Of a stretch of 64,000 nucleotides of DNA, positions 19,814-30,900 are shown piece after piece; positions within the stretch are counted from its first letter, which is position 1; every line of letters begins with the position of its first letter. A program made the translations under genes and the position numbers. The stretch comes from an uncultured virus (IMG/VR IMGVR_UViG_3300042338_000192) (taxonomy: Duplodnaviria > Heunggongvirae > Uroviricota > Caudoviricetes): the IMG/VR virus record IMGVR_UViG_3300042338_000192, positions 1 to 64,000 of that record; one strand, 5' to 3'. The notes below the pieces were generated by a model. It did no database searches and had not been told where the DNA came from. It saw only the letters and a list, made by a program, of their open reading frames with translations.

Positions 19814-20452
19814 ATGACCGAAAATGTCGAAGAAAAAGAAACTGATAATATTACTCCGGATACTACTGCTACCAATTCTCCTGTGGATGATATGGACACG
19901 AAGATCCAAGAAGCTCTTAAACCAATCAAAGAAAAACTCGATAAAGCGTACAGCGAAAGAGACAATGCGTTAAAGAAAGCTGCTGAGTATGAACAAAAAG
20001 AGAAAGAAGCTGAAATAAAAAGACTTCAAGAAGAAGGAAAACATAAAGAAGTTTATGAACTTCAGTTAGCGGAAGCCAATGCTAAATTGGAAACGATAAC
20101 AAAACGTAACATAGAACTCGCTAGGGATTTAGAAGTAAAATCTGTTCTTAGTGGATATACGTTTAGAAGTGATAAAGCTGCGGATATGGCATATATGGAT
20201 GTGGCATCGCAACTTGTACAAAATGAAAATGGAGTATGGGTGCATAAATCAGGAACTGATCTAAGAACCTTTATAAAACAATTTTCTGAAGACGATAACA
20301 ATTCTTTCTTATTCAAACCAAAAGTTTCGACAGGGGCCGGTCAGACAAGTTCTAGCAGTACTTCTCAAGATACTTCGAATAAATCTTTATTCCAGTTATC
20401 ACAAGATGAAGTGCTTAAACGTGCTGCTGAAGGATCACTTCGCAGGAAATAA
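19814..20452 (+). CDS. Capsid scaffolding protein
   Basis: Start refined to ATG 19814 (AAGGA RBS). Highly charged coiled coil with FLFK..STGAG C-terminal motif; precedes the major capsid gene. Confidence 0.8.
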   Translation: MTENVEEKETDNITPDTTATNSPVDDMDTKIQEALKPIKEKLDKAYSERDNALKKAAEYEQKEKEAEIKRLQEEGKHKEVYELQLAEANAKLETITKRNIELARDLEVKSVLSGYTFRSDKAADMAYMDVASQLVQNENGVWVHKSGTDLRTFIKQFSEDDNNSFLFKPKVSTGAGQTSSSSTSQDTSNKSLFQLSQDEVLKRAAEGSLRRK

Positions 20453-20472
20453 ATACTTTAAGGAAAATTAAA

Positions 20473-21714
20473 ATGGGCGTTACAACAAGTACCTTGCCTA
20501 CAGGTATGCAGGCTGGCTTAACAAATAACTATGTATTACAAGAAGCAATTGGTGCTTACAGCGATGAAGCTTATACCAATGCAAGAAAATTATCTGGCAC
20601 AGGTATTACTTCTTCTAATCCACAAATTGATACTAGCACAGAAACCTTTATTGGTCAAATGCGTTGGATGAAACCGTTAAACCCAACTATTAACGTTGCG
20701 TCATTAACTGAATCTGCAGACGGCGTCAAAACCAATTACGACACTGACTACAGCACATATATTAAAACTGTGCGTACACACGGTGCCGAAAAAGTTAACA
20801 TGCAACAAATTGTTACACAACAAGACGGCTTAGCTAAAATTGGTCGTGACTTCGGTGAAACCCGCGCTCAAGACGAACACAATGCTATTCTTTCTGTATT
20901 GAAAGGTGTTGCTGTAGCTGAAGCATTAAACGGTGCTGCTACAGGTTCAGGTTCAACCGGTCTTGGCGGTCAAACATTCTCTAACGATCCTACAGATAAG
21001 AAATATGGTTTCTACGTAGATCTTGGTTCTGAGAAAATCGTTACTGCTAATGGTGTGGCTCCTGGTGCGGTTACTAACTATGCATATCAAGGTGCTTCAC
21101 GTGCTGAAGGTTTCTTAAATGCATTTGGTATGGCATTTAAAGATTATGAACCAGAATGGGCGTACTTAATTGTATCTCCTGAAACTATGGCTTCATTTCG
21201 TTCAGCTAACTTTGTCGATGAAACAACTATTGTTGATGGTAACATTAACTTTAACACAATCTTCAATGGTAAATTCCGTCTAATCACTACACGTGCTGCT
21301 CAGTCGCTTTCTGCTGCTGAATTAACAATGTTACGTACTGGTGCTGGCGTTGGTGCTGCAACTACTTTTGCTGCTAATAAGAAAACTTCATTCATTGTAT
21401 TGCCAGGTGCGATTGCAATGGAACAGTTGACGGTTCCTGATTCAGTTGAAGTTTACCGTGACGCTAACAAATACAAAGGTGGTGGTACAACTTCTATTTG
21501 GAATCGTTGGGGTTATGTATTATCTCCTGCTGGTTACGATTGGAATGGTGCTAAAACTGAATTCCCATCTGATGCAAATTACATGGGTGTTGTTGAAAGC
21601 GGTACTTCTAAAGCATTGACTGCAACTGGTACTATTGCTAACGCACGTGGTACATGGACACGTAAAACAGCTTCTGCATTATCATTAGGTATCTTACCTG
21701 TATTCCATTCTTAA
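20473..21714 (+). CDS. Major capsid protein
   Basis: 413 aa after the scaffold with strongly biased codons. TFIGQMRWMKPL, QDEHNAILSVLKG and YRDANKYKGGG motifs. Confidence 0.85.
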   Translation: MGVTTSTLPTGMQAGLTNNYVLQEAIGAYSDEAYTNARKLSGTGITSSNPQIDTSTETFIGQMRWMKPLNPTINVASLTESADGVKTNYDTDYSTYIKTVRTHGAEKVNMQQIVTQQDGLAKIGRDFGETRAQDEHNAILSVLKGVAVAEALNGAATGSGSTGLGGQTFSNDPTDKKYGFYVDLGSEKIVTANGVAPGAVTNYAYQGASRAEGFLNAFGMAFKDYEPEWAYLIVSPETMASFRSANFVDETTIVDGNINFNTIFNGKFRLITTRAAQSLSAAELTMLRTGAGVGAATTFAANKKTSFIVLPGAIAMEQLTVPDSVEVYRDANKYKGGGTTSIWNRWGYVLSPAGYDWNGAKTEFPSDANYMGVVESGTSKALTATGTIANARGTWTRKTASALSLGILPVFHS

Positions 21715-21724
21715 GGAGTAGGTT

Positions 21725-22207
21725 ATGGCACTAGTTAAAGGTGTTAATTCAAATGCTACCGTAACTGAGGCCAGTACTTATTTTGAGAACAGACTAGATG
21801 TAGCGGCATGGACTGATGCTCCTGCTCTTCAGAAAGAACAAGCCCTATGCACTGCTACTTTTATGTTGGATGAATTGGATTGGATCGGAGTAGCTACAGA
21901 TTCAGCTCAGTCACTTGCTCATCCCCGTAAAGATGGTGAATATTTTGATCCTAAGCTTGGTATACTTGTTTCTTTAGTTTCTACTGTTGTTGATCAAAGA
22001 GTCATTAAAGCTACTTATGAGTTAGCTTATCATTTATTAAATAATGACGGACTCTTAGACAATACAGGCTTAATTAAAGATTTAGAACTTAGTGGCATTA
22101 AACTTAGTGTGATTAGACCTGCGGATAAAATCCCCATGGTTGCAAAGACACTCATCAAACCATTACTCCGGAATAGTGGTAAGAGAACATGGTGGAGGGC
22201 TAATTAA
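21725..22207 (+). CDS. Head-tail adaptor (DnaT-like family)
   Basis: NS.ATV.EA..YF..R...W....KEQAL..AT..LD...W.G...Q.L..PR...VIKATYELA. Confidence 0.8.
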   Translation: MALVKGVNSNATVTEASTYFENRLDVAAWTDAPALQKEQALCTATFMLDELDWIGVATDSAQSLAHPRKDGEYFDPKLGILVSLVSTVVDQRVIKATYELAYHLLNNDGLLDNTGLIKDLELSGIKLSVIRPADKIPMVAKTLIKPLLRNSGKRTWWRAN

Positions 22208-22551
22208 TGGCTTATAATTCATTAATTGGTGTCCAGCTAAATAAAGCATTTAATGCAGCTAAGGACTTGGCTATTGAAGCAGTGTTTACAAAAACAGTTA
22301 ATTCTGAATTTGACTTTAGCACTGGTGAAGTTAATGATACGACTATACCTTCAATAACGACAAAAATAATTATTACAAAAACGTCTAAAACTACAGAAGC
22401 GAAAACGATGACTATTATGTTTAAAACAAAAGAAGTTGGGCCGTTTTCGATGACAGACCATGTGTATATAGGTAGTGATAAATGGCATCTTGGTAATGTG
22501 ATTACTTCAAACAATCATATTTCAGTTGTTGAACTTTATCATGAGGTATAA
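22207..22551 (+). CDS. Putative head closure protein
   Basis: Position after the adaptor, 114 aa, FDFSTGE motif. Confidence 0.6.
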   Translation: MAYNSLIGVQLNKAFNAAKDLAIEAVFTKTVNSEFDFSTGEVNDTTIPSITTKIIITKTSKTTEAKTMTIMFKTKEVGPFSMTDHVYIGSDKWHLGNVITSNNHISVVELYHEV

Positions 22552-22553
22552 TT

Positions 22554-22964
22554 ATGGGCAAATATGAATTATTAGAAAAAGACGTTTACTCAGTATTTTC
22601 GTCTAATGGATGGAAAGCTGAAAATATAAAAACATTCCCGACAAATTTTGTAGTTATGAATACTACTAATGATGAATTTATTCGTGTATCAGTGATACCT
22701 AGTGGAAAACCTATAAATAGATACTCATTAGCAGGCATTCTCATAATTGATATTTTTATAGCTGCAGGCTCTGGCACAAGACGTGCTATGGTAATAGCAG
22801 ATGTCTTAGATAAATACTTAGTAAACAAATCTAAGACTACAGGTTCTGGCGTTACACAATTTGGTATAAGCAGTCTTACGCATGTAGGCCCTGATAAAGC
22901 TTTACCAGTTATTCACAAAAGTACCTACACAATTACTTTCAACTTCTTCGGAAGTTCTACTTAA
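22554..22964 (+). CDS. Putative tail terminator
   Basis: FIRVSVIP..GILIIDIF..AGSGTRRA..IAD.L pattern; precedes the tail tube gene. Confidence 0.7.
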   Translation: MGKYELLEKDVYSVFSSNGWKAENIKTFPTNFVVMNTTNDEFIRVSVIPSGKPINRYSLAGILIIDIFIAAGSGTRRAMVIADVLDKYLVNKSKTTGSGVTQFGISSLTHVGPDKALPVIHKSTYTITFNFFGSST

Positions 22965-22982
22965 ATTTAAAGGAATTAAAAA

Positions 22983-23618
22983 ATGGCACACATTTCTTCT
23001 ATTGGCGCTGCAATGTTCACAGATTTGTCTGTGAGTTCTATGGCAAAAACTACCGCAAACCTTACAGCTATTGTTGATGGCCCAGTTACACATTTTGCCA
23101 CAGAAGCCGGACCTACTGATGTTGGTACACCTGCTGCAGGTCAATTTATTCGCATTACGCACATCAAAGAATTTCCAGCTATTGGTACACCAGCTAACGT
23201 CGTTAAAGTACCTGAATATGGTGCTAAAACTTCTAAACAAATTCAAGGTCAAGCAGACTCTCCTACAATGGAAATCACCTTGAACTATGTTCCAGGCTTA
23301 TGGGCTGATTCATTTTTATCTATTGAAGGCGCTACTGCTGGTACCTTTGCTAAATCAAAAATATATATTAATGATGGTAATATTTATCTATTCAGATTCT
23401 CTTTATTAGCATTAGAACCAGAAGGTTACTTATCAGTTGCTAACGCTACCGGTGATGACAACTCTATTGGTTCAGTAGGTAACTCTTCTTACTACTTCTT
23501 AGGTAAATTTGAAGCGTTAGAAGTAACTCCAAGTTTGACTGATGCATTGTCTGCTAAATTGACAATCACAGTACAATCTGATATTCGCGGTGCATACACT
23601 GTAGGCGCTGCCGCGTAA
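22983..23618 (+). CDS. Major tail tube protein
   Basis: IKEFPAIGTPANVVKVPEYG...QIQGQADSPTMEITLNYVP; followed by a terminator and chaperone genes. Confidence 0.85.
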   Translation: MAHISSIGAAMFTDLSVSSMAKTTANLTAIVDGPVTHFATEAGPTDVGTPAAGQFIRITHIKEFPAIGTPANVVKVPEYGAKTSKQIQGQADSPTMEITLNYVPGLWADSFLSIEGATAGTFAKSKIYINDGNIYLFRFSLLALEPEGYLSVANATGDDNSIGSVGNSSYYFLGKFEALEVTPSLTDALSAKLTITVQSDIRGAYTVGAAA

Positions 23619-23632
23619 GCGATATTAATTAT

Positions 23633-23660
23633 GCAAGGGAGTTAGCGCTCCCTTGCTTTA
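23633..23660 (+). terminator. Probable intrinsic terminator
   Basis: GCAAGGGAG-TTAGCG-CTCCCTTGC followed by TTT, just after the tail tube gene. Confidence 0.65.
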
Positions 23661-23679
23661 TATAACATTAGGAATAAAA

Positions 23680-23895
23680 ATGGCTCAGGATAAACCATTC
23701 AGCTTGGAGTATGTTATTGGCATCACTGTCAAACATATGCTCAAAAGCATCGATATTAGTATTAATAAAACATTCGAAAGAACAAAAGATGCTTCGTTAT
23801 CTCCAGACAAGAAGACTGAAGCTTTCGAAGCACTTTCAATTTTACATCAAATGCGAGCACAACTAGATGAACGCAAAATTAATCAAGGTAAGTAA
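23680..23895 (+). CDS. Hypothetical protein
   Basis: Start refined to ATG 23680 (AGGA RBS), 71 aa. Confidence 0.65.
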   Translation: MAQDKPFSLEYVIGITVKHMLKSIDISINKTFERTKDASLSPDKKTEAFEALSILHQMRAQLDERKINQGK

Positions 23896-23896
23896 T

Positions 23897-24214
23897 ATGT
23901 CAGAAGCAAAAGGTATCAAAAACTTAGTTGGCCAACGTATGACCAAAACAGTTAAATTCTTAAACAGTGATGTTAAGATTTCTAAGCTTACTGTTGCAGA
24001 AGTGCTAGAAATTCAGTCTAAAGCTGCTAATATCGAAAAAGATGATTCAGCTGGTTTAGAACTCTTAAAGACTGTTATTCGTTCTGCTGTTGAAGGCGGT
24101 TCGGACCTTGATGATTCAGAATTCGATAATTTCCCGATGGATGAATTGTCTAAATTATCTAATGAAATTATGAAGTATTCAGGCCTAGGTCAAGGCTCTG
24201 ACGCGGGAAAGTAA
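23897..24214 (+). CDS. Tail assembly chaperone (gpG-like)
   Basis: Start refined to ATG 23897. Ends ...DAGK-stop over the slippery heptamer GGGAAAG. Confidence 0.8.
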   Translation: MSEAKGIKNLVGQRMTKTVKFLNSDVKISKLTVAEVLEIQSKAANIEKDDSAGLELLKTVIRSAVEGGSDLDDSEFDNFPMDELSKLSNEIMKYSGLGQGSDAGK

Positions 24215-24555
24215 AACTAAGTGATAATGATTTACCTATCTATGAAATAGCTTTTCATTTAAAGATGCCTGTGTATAAAATGGTAGATGAAATGCCTTAT
24301 GATGAATTCTTAGGGTGGCTTAACTACTTTGAGCGTAGGCCATATGAATGGAGGGCAGATGATAGAGCGGCTAAATTAATACAAGCACAGGGCGTTAAAG
24401 AGAAGCCTTGGAATTTGTTTTCTTCATTGGATGCAATTTATAATAGTAAATCAGAAGATAGACAAGATAATGCACTCAGCCCTAGTAACTTTAAACGTTC
24501 TGGATTCTTCCAGAAAATAGCTGGAGCAGTTGGTGGGGAGACTCTTAAATTATGA
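24205..24555 (+). CDS. Tail assembly chaperone -1 frameshift extension (gpT-like)
   Basis: The -1 frame is open from GGGAAAG (GKVKLSDNDLPIYEIAFHLKMPV...EMPYDEFLGWLNYF) and in frame with track ORF 24265-24555. Confidence 0.8.
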   Translation, partial: GKVKLSDNDLPIYEIAFHLKMPVYKMVDEMPYDEFLGWLNYFERRPYEWRADDRAAKLIQAQGVKEKPWNLFSSLDAIYNSKSEDRQDNALSPSNFKRSGFFQKIAGAVGGETLKL

Positions 24556-24845
24556 CTGTAAAAATAAATCTTGATTTTAGAGCCGAACTAGCAAAAAGAT
24601 CTAAAACTATCTTAGAGCGTGAATCTTTAAAATTAATAGAAGCGTTAAAAGAAGCAACTCCAGTAGACACGGGAAGAGCACGTGATGGTTGGAAACTTCA
24701 AGATGGAAAAATAGTTAATGAAGTTGAATATATAGAGGAGTTGAATGCTGGCTCAAGTAAACAAGCACCTTCTCATTTTATTGAGAGAACTTTGTTAGCT
24801 AATGGAAACGTTAACGCGAATGGTGTTATCGTAACACCTAATTAA
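24552..24845 (+). CDS. HK97 gp10-like tail completion protein
   Basis: ATPVDTGRARDGW...NEVEYIEELNAGSSKQAP. Confidence 0.8.
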   Translation: MTVKINLDFRAELAKRSKTILERESLKLIEALKEATPVDTGRARDGWKLQDGKIVNEVEYIEELNAGSSKQAPSHFIERTLLANGNVNANGVIVTPN

Positions 24846-24849
24846 TAAC

Positions 24850-24893
24850 ACCCCTTTATTATTACCTTTATGGTATTAGTGGAGGGGTTTTTT
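24850..24893 (+). terminator. Probable intrinsic terminator/attenuator before the tape measure gene
   Basis: ACCCCTTTATTATTACC...GGTATTAGTGGAGGGGT stem with G-U pairs, followed by a T run. Confidence 0.6.
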
Positions 24894-24906
24894 ATGGAGA
24901 AAACAA

Positions 24907-27900
24907 ATGACAGGTATCGTAATTGATATCGAGGCTAAAGTTGACAAGGCACAGGGTAGTATTGATGCTTTAGCAAGATCTCTGGCCAAGATATCTCAGA
25001 ACACAAATAATATAGAAAAAGCGCTAACTGAAGGTTCTTTATCAAAAGAAATTGGTAAAAAGCCTACAGAAAGTATTAGTAAATTAAATAAAGAATCTAG
25101 TAATTTTAAAGATACGTTAACTAAGACAGATAAAACATTTACTGGTTCATTTTTAAATAAATCAAGTGATTTAAAAGTAAACAAATCTTTAGATAAAACT
25201 GGTGATTCATTAAGAAGTATTAATGATCTCGCAGTAGGTCTTGCTGGTAATTTAAAAGCTGCATTTGGTGCAGTTGCGTTTGGCGGAGCCTTTGCAGGAC
25301 TCACTAAAGTGTCTTCTGATTTTCAAGATTTAGAAAACCAAATTGCTAATGTTGTAGGACGTTCTGAACAACTTGCAGCAACGATGCTTAGCCTTAATGA
25401 TGTAGCATTGCGTACAAGAACGCTATACGCATCGACAACTACTGTATTTACAGGCTTTGGCAGAGCAATGAAAGACACTAGAGTCTCTATGGAGACTTTA
25501 CTAGGTGTTACTGAAACTATTCAGAAAGCTGTAGCAGTGTCTGGTGCATCTACTGATAGTGCTAATGCTGCACTATTCCAATTAAACCAAGGATTATCTG
25601 CTGGTGCATTACGCGGTGAAGAGTTAAATTCAGTGATGGAACAAACTCCTCGTATTGCTAAGGCTATCGCTGATAATTTAGATGTGAGTTTAGGTAAACT
25701 AAGAGAATTAGCCTCCACAGGACAAGTAACAACAGCAGTTGTAATGAAAGCCTTGTTAGATCAAGCTAAGCAAATTAATAAAGAATTTGCTGTAATGAAA
25801 CCTACAATGGCGCAGGGTGTTAGTAAATTAGGCGAAATGATTAAGTCTATTGCATCTGAATTTGAAAAAGGGTTAGGATTATCAGACTTCTTTGGGGAAT
25901 TTCTTTCAGATGCTATTCATGCATTAAGTGAAGTTTCTAAAAATGCTTTTGAAATGGGTGTCAATTTTGGTAGAGTAATAACTAACATAAAAGAGAGAAT
26001 GAAAGATTTTGCAGAACCAATCATTTTTGGTTTTGAGAAAATTGTCTTAAAAGTTAAATTATTACTTGGCGCATTAGGCATTTCAACTTTTGTTAAGAAA
26101 GAGATTGGCGAAGCCAAATATATCTTTGATGCATATATTAAAACTGCAGTACGCTCATATGAAGCATATGGTGCTGTATTACGTACACTTGGTAAAAGAG
26201 GTGTAGGTAAGGGTATTTGGTCTGTAGATGACTCTCCTATGATTATTACAGCATTTAAAAATACTTTCCTTGTGTATAAATCACAACTGAGTGTATTAGG
26301 CTCTAGAATGCTTTCAAGCGGTAGAGTACTTAAAGAGAATTTAAAATCTGTATTTGCAATGTTACCTCAAATGCTTGGGGAAGTTTTAATTGCAAAGAAA
26401 ACAGGATATCTCTTAAAAACATATATGTCAGATATTCTTGACTTTCGTGCAGAAATTCCTCGTGTTATTGGTAGAATGGGAGTGTATCTTTTTGATGCGC
26501 TTTCTAGTATGTTTTCTAGAATTGCAAAAGGCCTTGTAGTAAGCGATTTGTTTAGCAGTTTTATTGCCAGATCCTCTGATAATAGAAAAGTTGCTAAAAT
26601 ATTAAATGATATATTCTATTTTATTGCTTCTAAATTATCAGAAGGCTTTAACTATCTTTCTGATAAAACAAAAGAATTGACTGACTGGTCTTTCTTAGAT
26701 TACATTACAAATCGTTCACAAACTATTACTGGGCGTTTAAGAGATAGTTTTGCTTCTCTATTCCAAATGAAAGGCCCTTCGTTATCTTTTAGAAAAGTAT
26801 TTAATATTGTTGTTATACAATTAGACGAATTTTATAACAAATCAATTATAGTATTTGATAAGATTCAAAAAGCATTTAATAAATTTGGTGTAACAACTAA
26901 GTTTGCAAAAATGTTTAGCGGTGTAACACAAGACACCAATAAAGCTTTAGCTGGAATTAAGAGTTACTTTAGATCTTTACAAAATGAATTAGTAATTAAA
27001 TTTGAGAGTGACACTTTTGCTAAGAATATTGGTAAAGTATTTAAGAGTTTGCAAGGCACTGGTACAATCCTAAAAGTATTAGCTAAGACTCTATACCAAG
27101 CATTTGTTACAATTAAAAGTACTTTAAGCTCTATTAATGAAGCTTTTGACACAGCTGGCGTTTACAATAGACTTCTTCAAGGTCTTAGATTCATTGAAAA
27201 ACTTTTTGGAAACTTTATCAAAGGAATTCGTGGTAAACTAAAAGATCTTGAGAGTTCAACTAATATAAGCTTCAGCGCAAAAGATTTAGCTAAGAGTATA
27301 AATAAATTATTTGACGGTATTGAGAATCAAACCAATAAATTAGAAAAGGCCTTTGGCGCTATTTCTAAATTTGGTGAAAATGTAATAGAAGTATTCTTTA
27401 AAATATATGATGCTGTTATCGGTAATTCATGGTGGACAGATACCATTGATTCAATAATCAGTACAGTTAGAAGTCTTAAAAATAATACTGACGGTGGTTT
27501 GAAACAATTTGCAGGAAATACTATTCGTGTATTCCAAGCAATTTATGAAGTTGTTATAAGCATATTTAAAAGAATTTCTACAGTAGATATTTCTAGCAAT
27601 CTCCAGAAAATGTTGGAAGCTGTTAAAACTATTTCACCAATGGCTGCAAATGTATTGTCAAGTATTGGTGACGGTGTTGTAAGTAGCTTTAGAAAAATTA
27701 GAAGCATAGTCGCAGATACCTTACGTAGTGATTTTGTAATCAGCATCTCAACAGGCAATTTTAGAAAATCTATTGAAATAGCTAAAGACTTTGCTAAAAA
27801 CTTATTTGATGGGTTGCCAGAAGAATTAAAACATTCATTAACAGCTTTTGCTAATGTTTTTGGATTAGCTTTTGTATCGCTATTACTGCCAGAAAATAGA

Positions 27901-30900
27901 ATTACTTCTATGCTTGGTGGCTTATTCTTAAGAGCCGCTATTGCTGCAGGGCTAGCATTTGCTAACGTATTTGCTGATGTAAGATTTGGTGTTAGCTTCT
28001 CTGTAGAAGCTGGCAAAGTGGCAGGCAAAGTAGCTGGAACAGTTTTATTAGGAATATTAGCGGACTTGCCTGCAATTATATCTAATCTGTTAGGATTCAT
28101 TGGCGGTGCTGTTGAAGGCTTCTTGAAGAGTATCCCAATTGTAGGTACTGTTGCGAGCATGGTATATGGGATACTGGATCTATTTCAGTTTAGTACAGCT
28201 GGTGGCTTGATTGGTGCATTACTATTTGGCGGACCCGCTCTTAAAATGTTATCTACATTAGGAATATTTGAAAAGCAAATTTCTAGAATATTCAAAGTAA
28301 CAGGCTCTATTGGTTCATTCTTTGGTGGAACAATGGCAAATACTGCTGTTGCTGGCCACAATATGACACGTTTAATGACTAACCCTGCACACGTAGGAAT
28401 GGGGCCACCATTACCTCCTGGAGTTGGATACCAGTCTAGACCACAAACTGCAATGAGTCGTGCGTCATCCTCATTCTTTAGTTCAGGCAATGTAGTAAGT
28501 TCTAGTGCAATGGTCGCATTGGTTGCTGATCAATTAGGGATGTTTGATCAAGTATTCTATGATAGTCCTTTAGGGCATGCATATATGCAAGGCGGTTTAA
28601 TTGCATTAGCGTTAATGGGGCCAAGCGGTATTGATGCAATTAGATCTAAAATTATATATCCGGTAATGCGCGAATTATCTATGCTATTTCCAGAGGGTAC
28701 TATAAGAGGCAATCTTGTAAGAATGTTTGGAATGCTAGGCAGCATGGTAAGAGATCCTTCTATACTTGCTAATTTATTTGCAGGTATGAGAGAACGTTTT
28801 GCTTCTGCATTTACTGGCACTGGTACGGGAACATTCTTTTCTAGATTACTTTTTGGACCAACAGGAATACCCGCAACTTCATTAGGAGCTTTTTATAATT
28901 CTATTGAAAGTGCCTATAACTATGCAACAACAAGATTTGCAGCGGTATCACCACTTCTTGCATCCGCGTTTGGGCATCCTATTGTAAAATGGATTATGTT
29001 AGCTGTAGCAGCACTTGGTGCATTAACATTTTCTAATATGTCAAGCGCTGATACAATGACACCTTCATTGAATGGTGAGACATTTTACAGAGGTATTCAA
29101 GAAGCTCCACAAGGGCCACCTACAGACTTAATAAACAAACCTCGTGCTGAAACTGTAAAACCGTATCATAGAATTCCTGTTCCTAGTTTCAGAGAAATGA
29201 CAGGTCGTGGTACAGGCCATACTGTATTACAAAAGATTGCAGATGAAGTAGGATACGGATATGACAGATTATCACTATCTATTACTAATGGTCTTAAAAA
29301 TCTTATTCAAAATATTTCAGATATCTTACCAACAAGTTTAAAAGGCATGTGGGACAGTCTCACACCTAGCCAAGTAGCTATTGGCGGTATTGCACTACTA
29401 GCTGGGGCGTTAACAGCTCTATATAAACCTCTGATTAATTTGCAATTAGCATTAAGCCCTATTACATTATTTAGAGCAGCATTAGCAGCTTTAGGTAATC
29501 AATTACTTGCATTTCAAGGTATTGCAGCTACATCAGGATTAAAGTCTGTTGGCTTAAACATGAAGTCTTATACAGGTCTCTATGTAAGTGCGTTGTGGGA
29601 TACGATGCGTCAAGCATCTCCTATTCTAGATAAGCTAGCAAGTAAGATCGGTGGTAGTAGTATAGTCAAGAACTTAGGCGCTAATATCAGTAAATATAGC
29701 TCTGAATTAAAACAAGGCATGTCCGATAGAACTATGGCAGAAGCAGTTGCTGCAGATCTTAGAAATAGAAAAAGAACTTATAAAGAAGAACGAACATCTC
29801 GTTTTGATAGGTTCAGAAGCGCTTTTGAGCCTAATCCAAGTAAAGGTCCAGAAACTAAAGGCCAAACAGCAGTTAGAGGGTTTGCTAGATTCTTACAAGA
29901 AAGCTCAGCGCCTATTACAAGCGGAGCAGGAACTGTATTGCAGCAAGGATTCCAAAAGTTTCCTAATTTAACAAAAGTATTTGATACTGTAAAAGAAAAA
30001 GGTGAAATACTTGCCAGAACTAGTCCAGACAAATTTGTTCCAAGACTTAAACTATATACAGCTGAATTATATGCAATGGCACGTGCAACAGCTATTTTAA
30101 GAGAAACAATGGGGGGTAAGTTTGTATCCCTATGGTTAGCAGAAGTAGCAGGCGCAATGGGAGGCCTTACTGGTCTAACAAATAGAATAACATTGATGAC
30201 CAAAGCTTTAGCCCTGATGGTTAATACTCTGAAATTTATATCTACTTGGCGGGCAGCCATAGTCAGTGTTGGCGCTGCAGTTTTATTTCGTATACCATTC
30301 TTAGAAAGTACTGACGAGTTTAAGAAGGCCGGTGAACGCGGAAGAAAAGCCTTTATGGGTTCTTTCGAACTGGGTGGTTCTCACGTGGACGTAGCAGCTA
30401 CACTCTTTGGTGGATTAATTCCAGCAATTGCAGCAGGTGTTGTTGGTGTACAACGTAGTAGATTTAATGCAGCAAAAGAACTTGCTAATAACGTATTAGA
30501 TACAAAGATTTCACAAGGATTGACTCCTGCTAATGTTGATAGAAGTTTATATACTAGTAATGCTGCCATAAAGAAGCAATTATTGCAAAAAGATCTTGAA
30601 GCGCAATATGCAGGAATGACTCCAGCAGATAGACGCAAAGATTTTAACCGCATGGGAAGTTATGGCGGATTGCCAATGAACCAAGCAAGCTACATGCAAT
30701 ATTATATGGCAAATCCTAATAGAGCATTGCTAGGTGCTAAGGGCGCATTAACTAAAGGTATTGCAGGTGCTGGAGCAACCGCTACCACTCTCGTTGCAGC
30801 AGGGGCGGCAGGTGCTTATGTAGGAAATAAGATTGGTGGAGAAACAGGTGCAGGTATTGGCGCTGGATTAGCCATGATGTTCAGTTCAATGGTTATCCCT

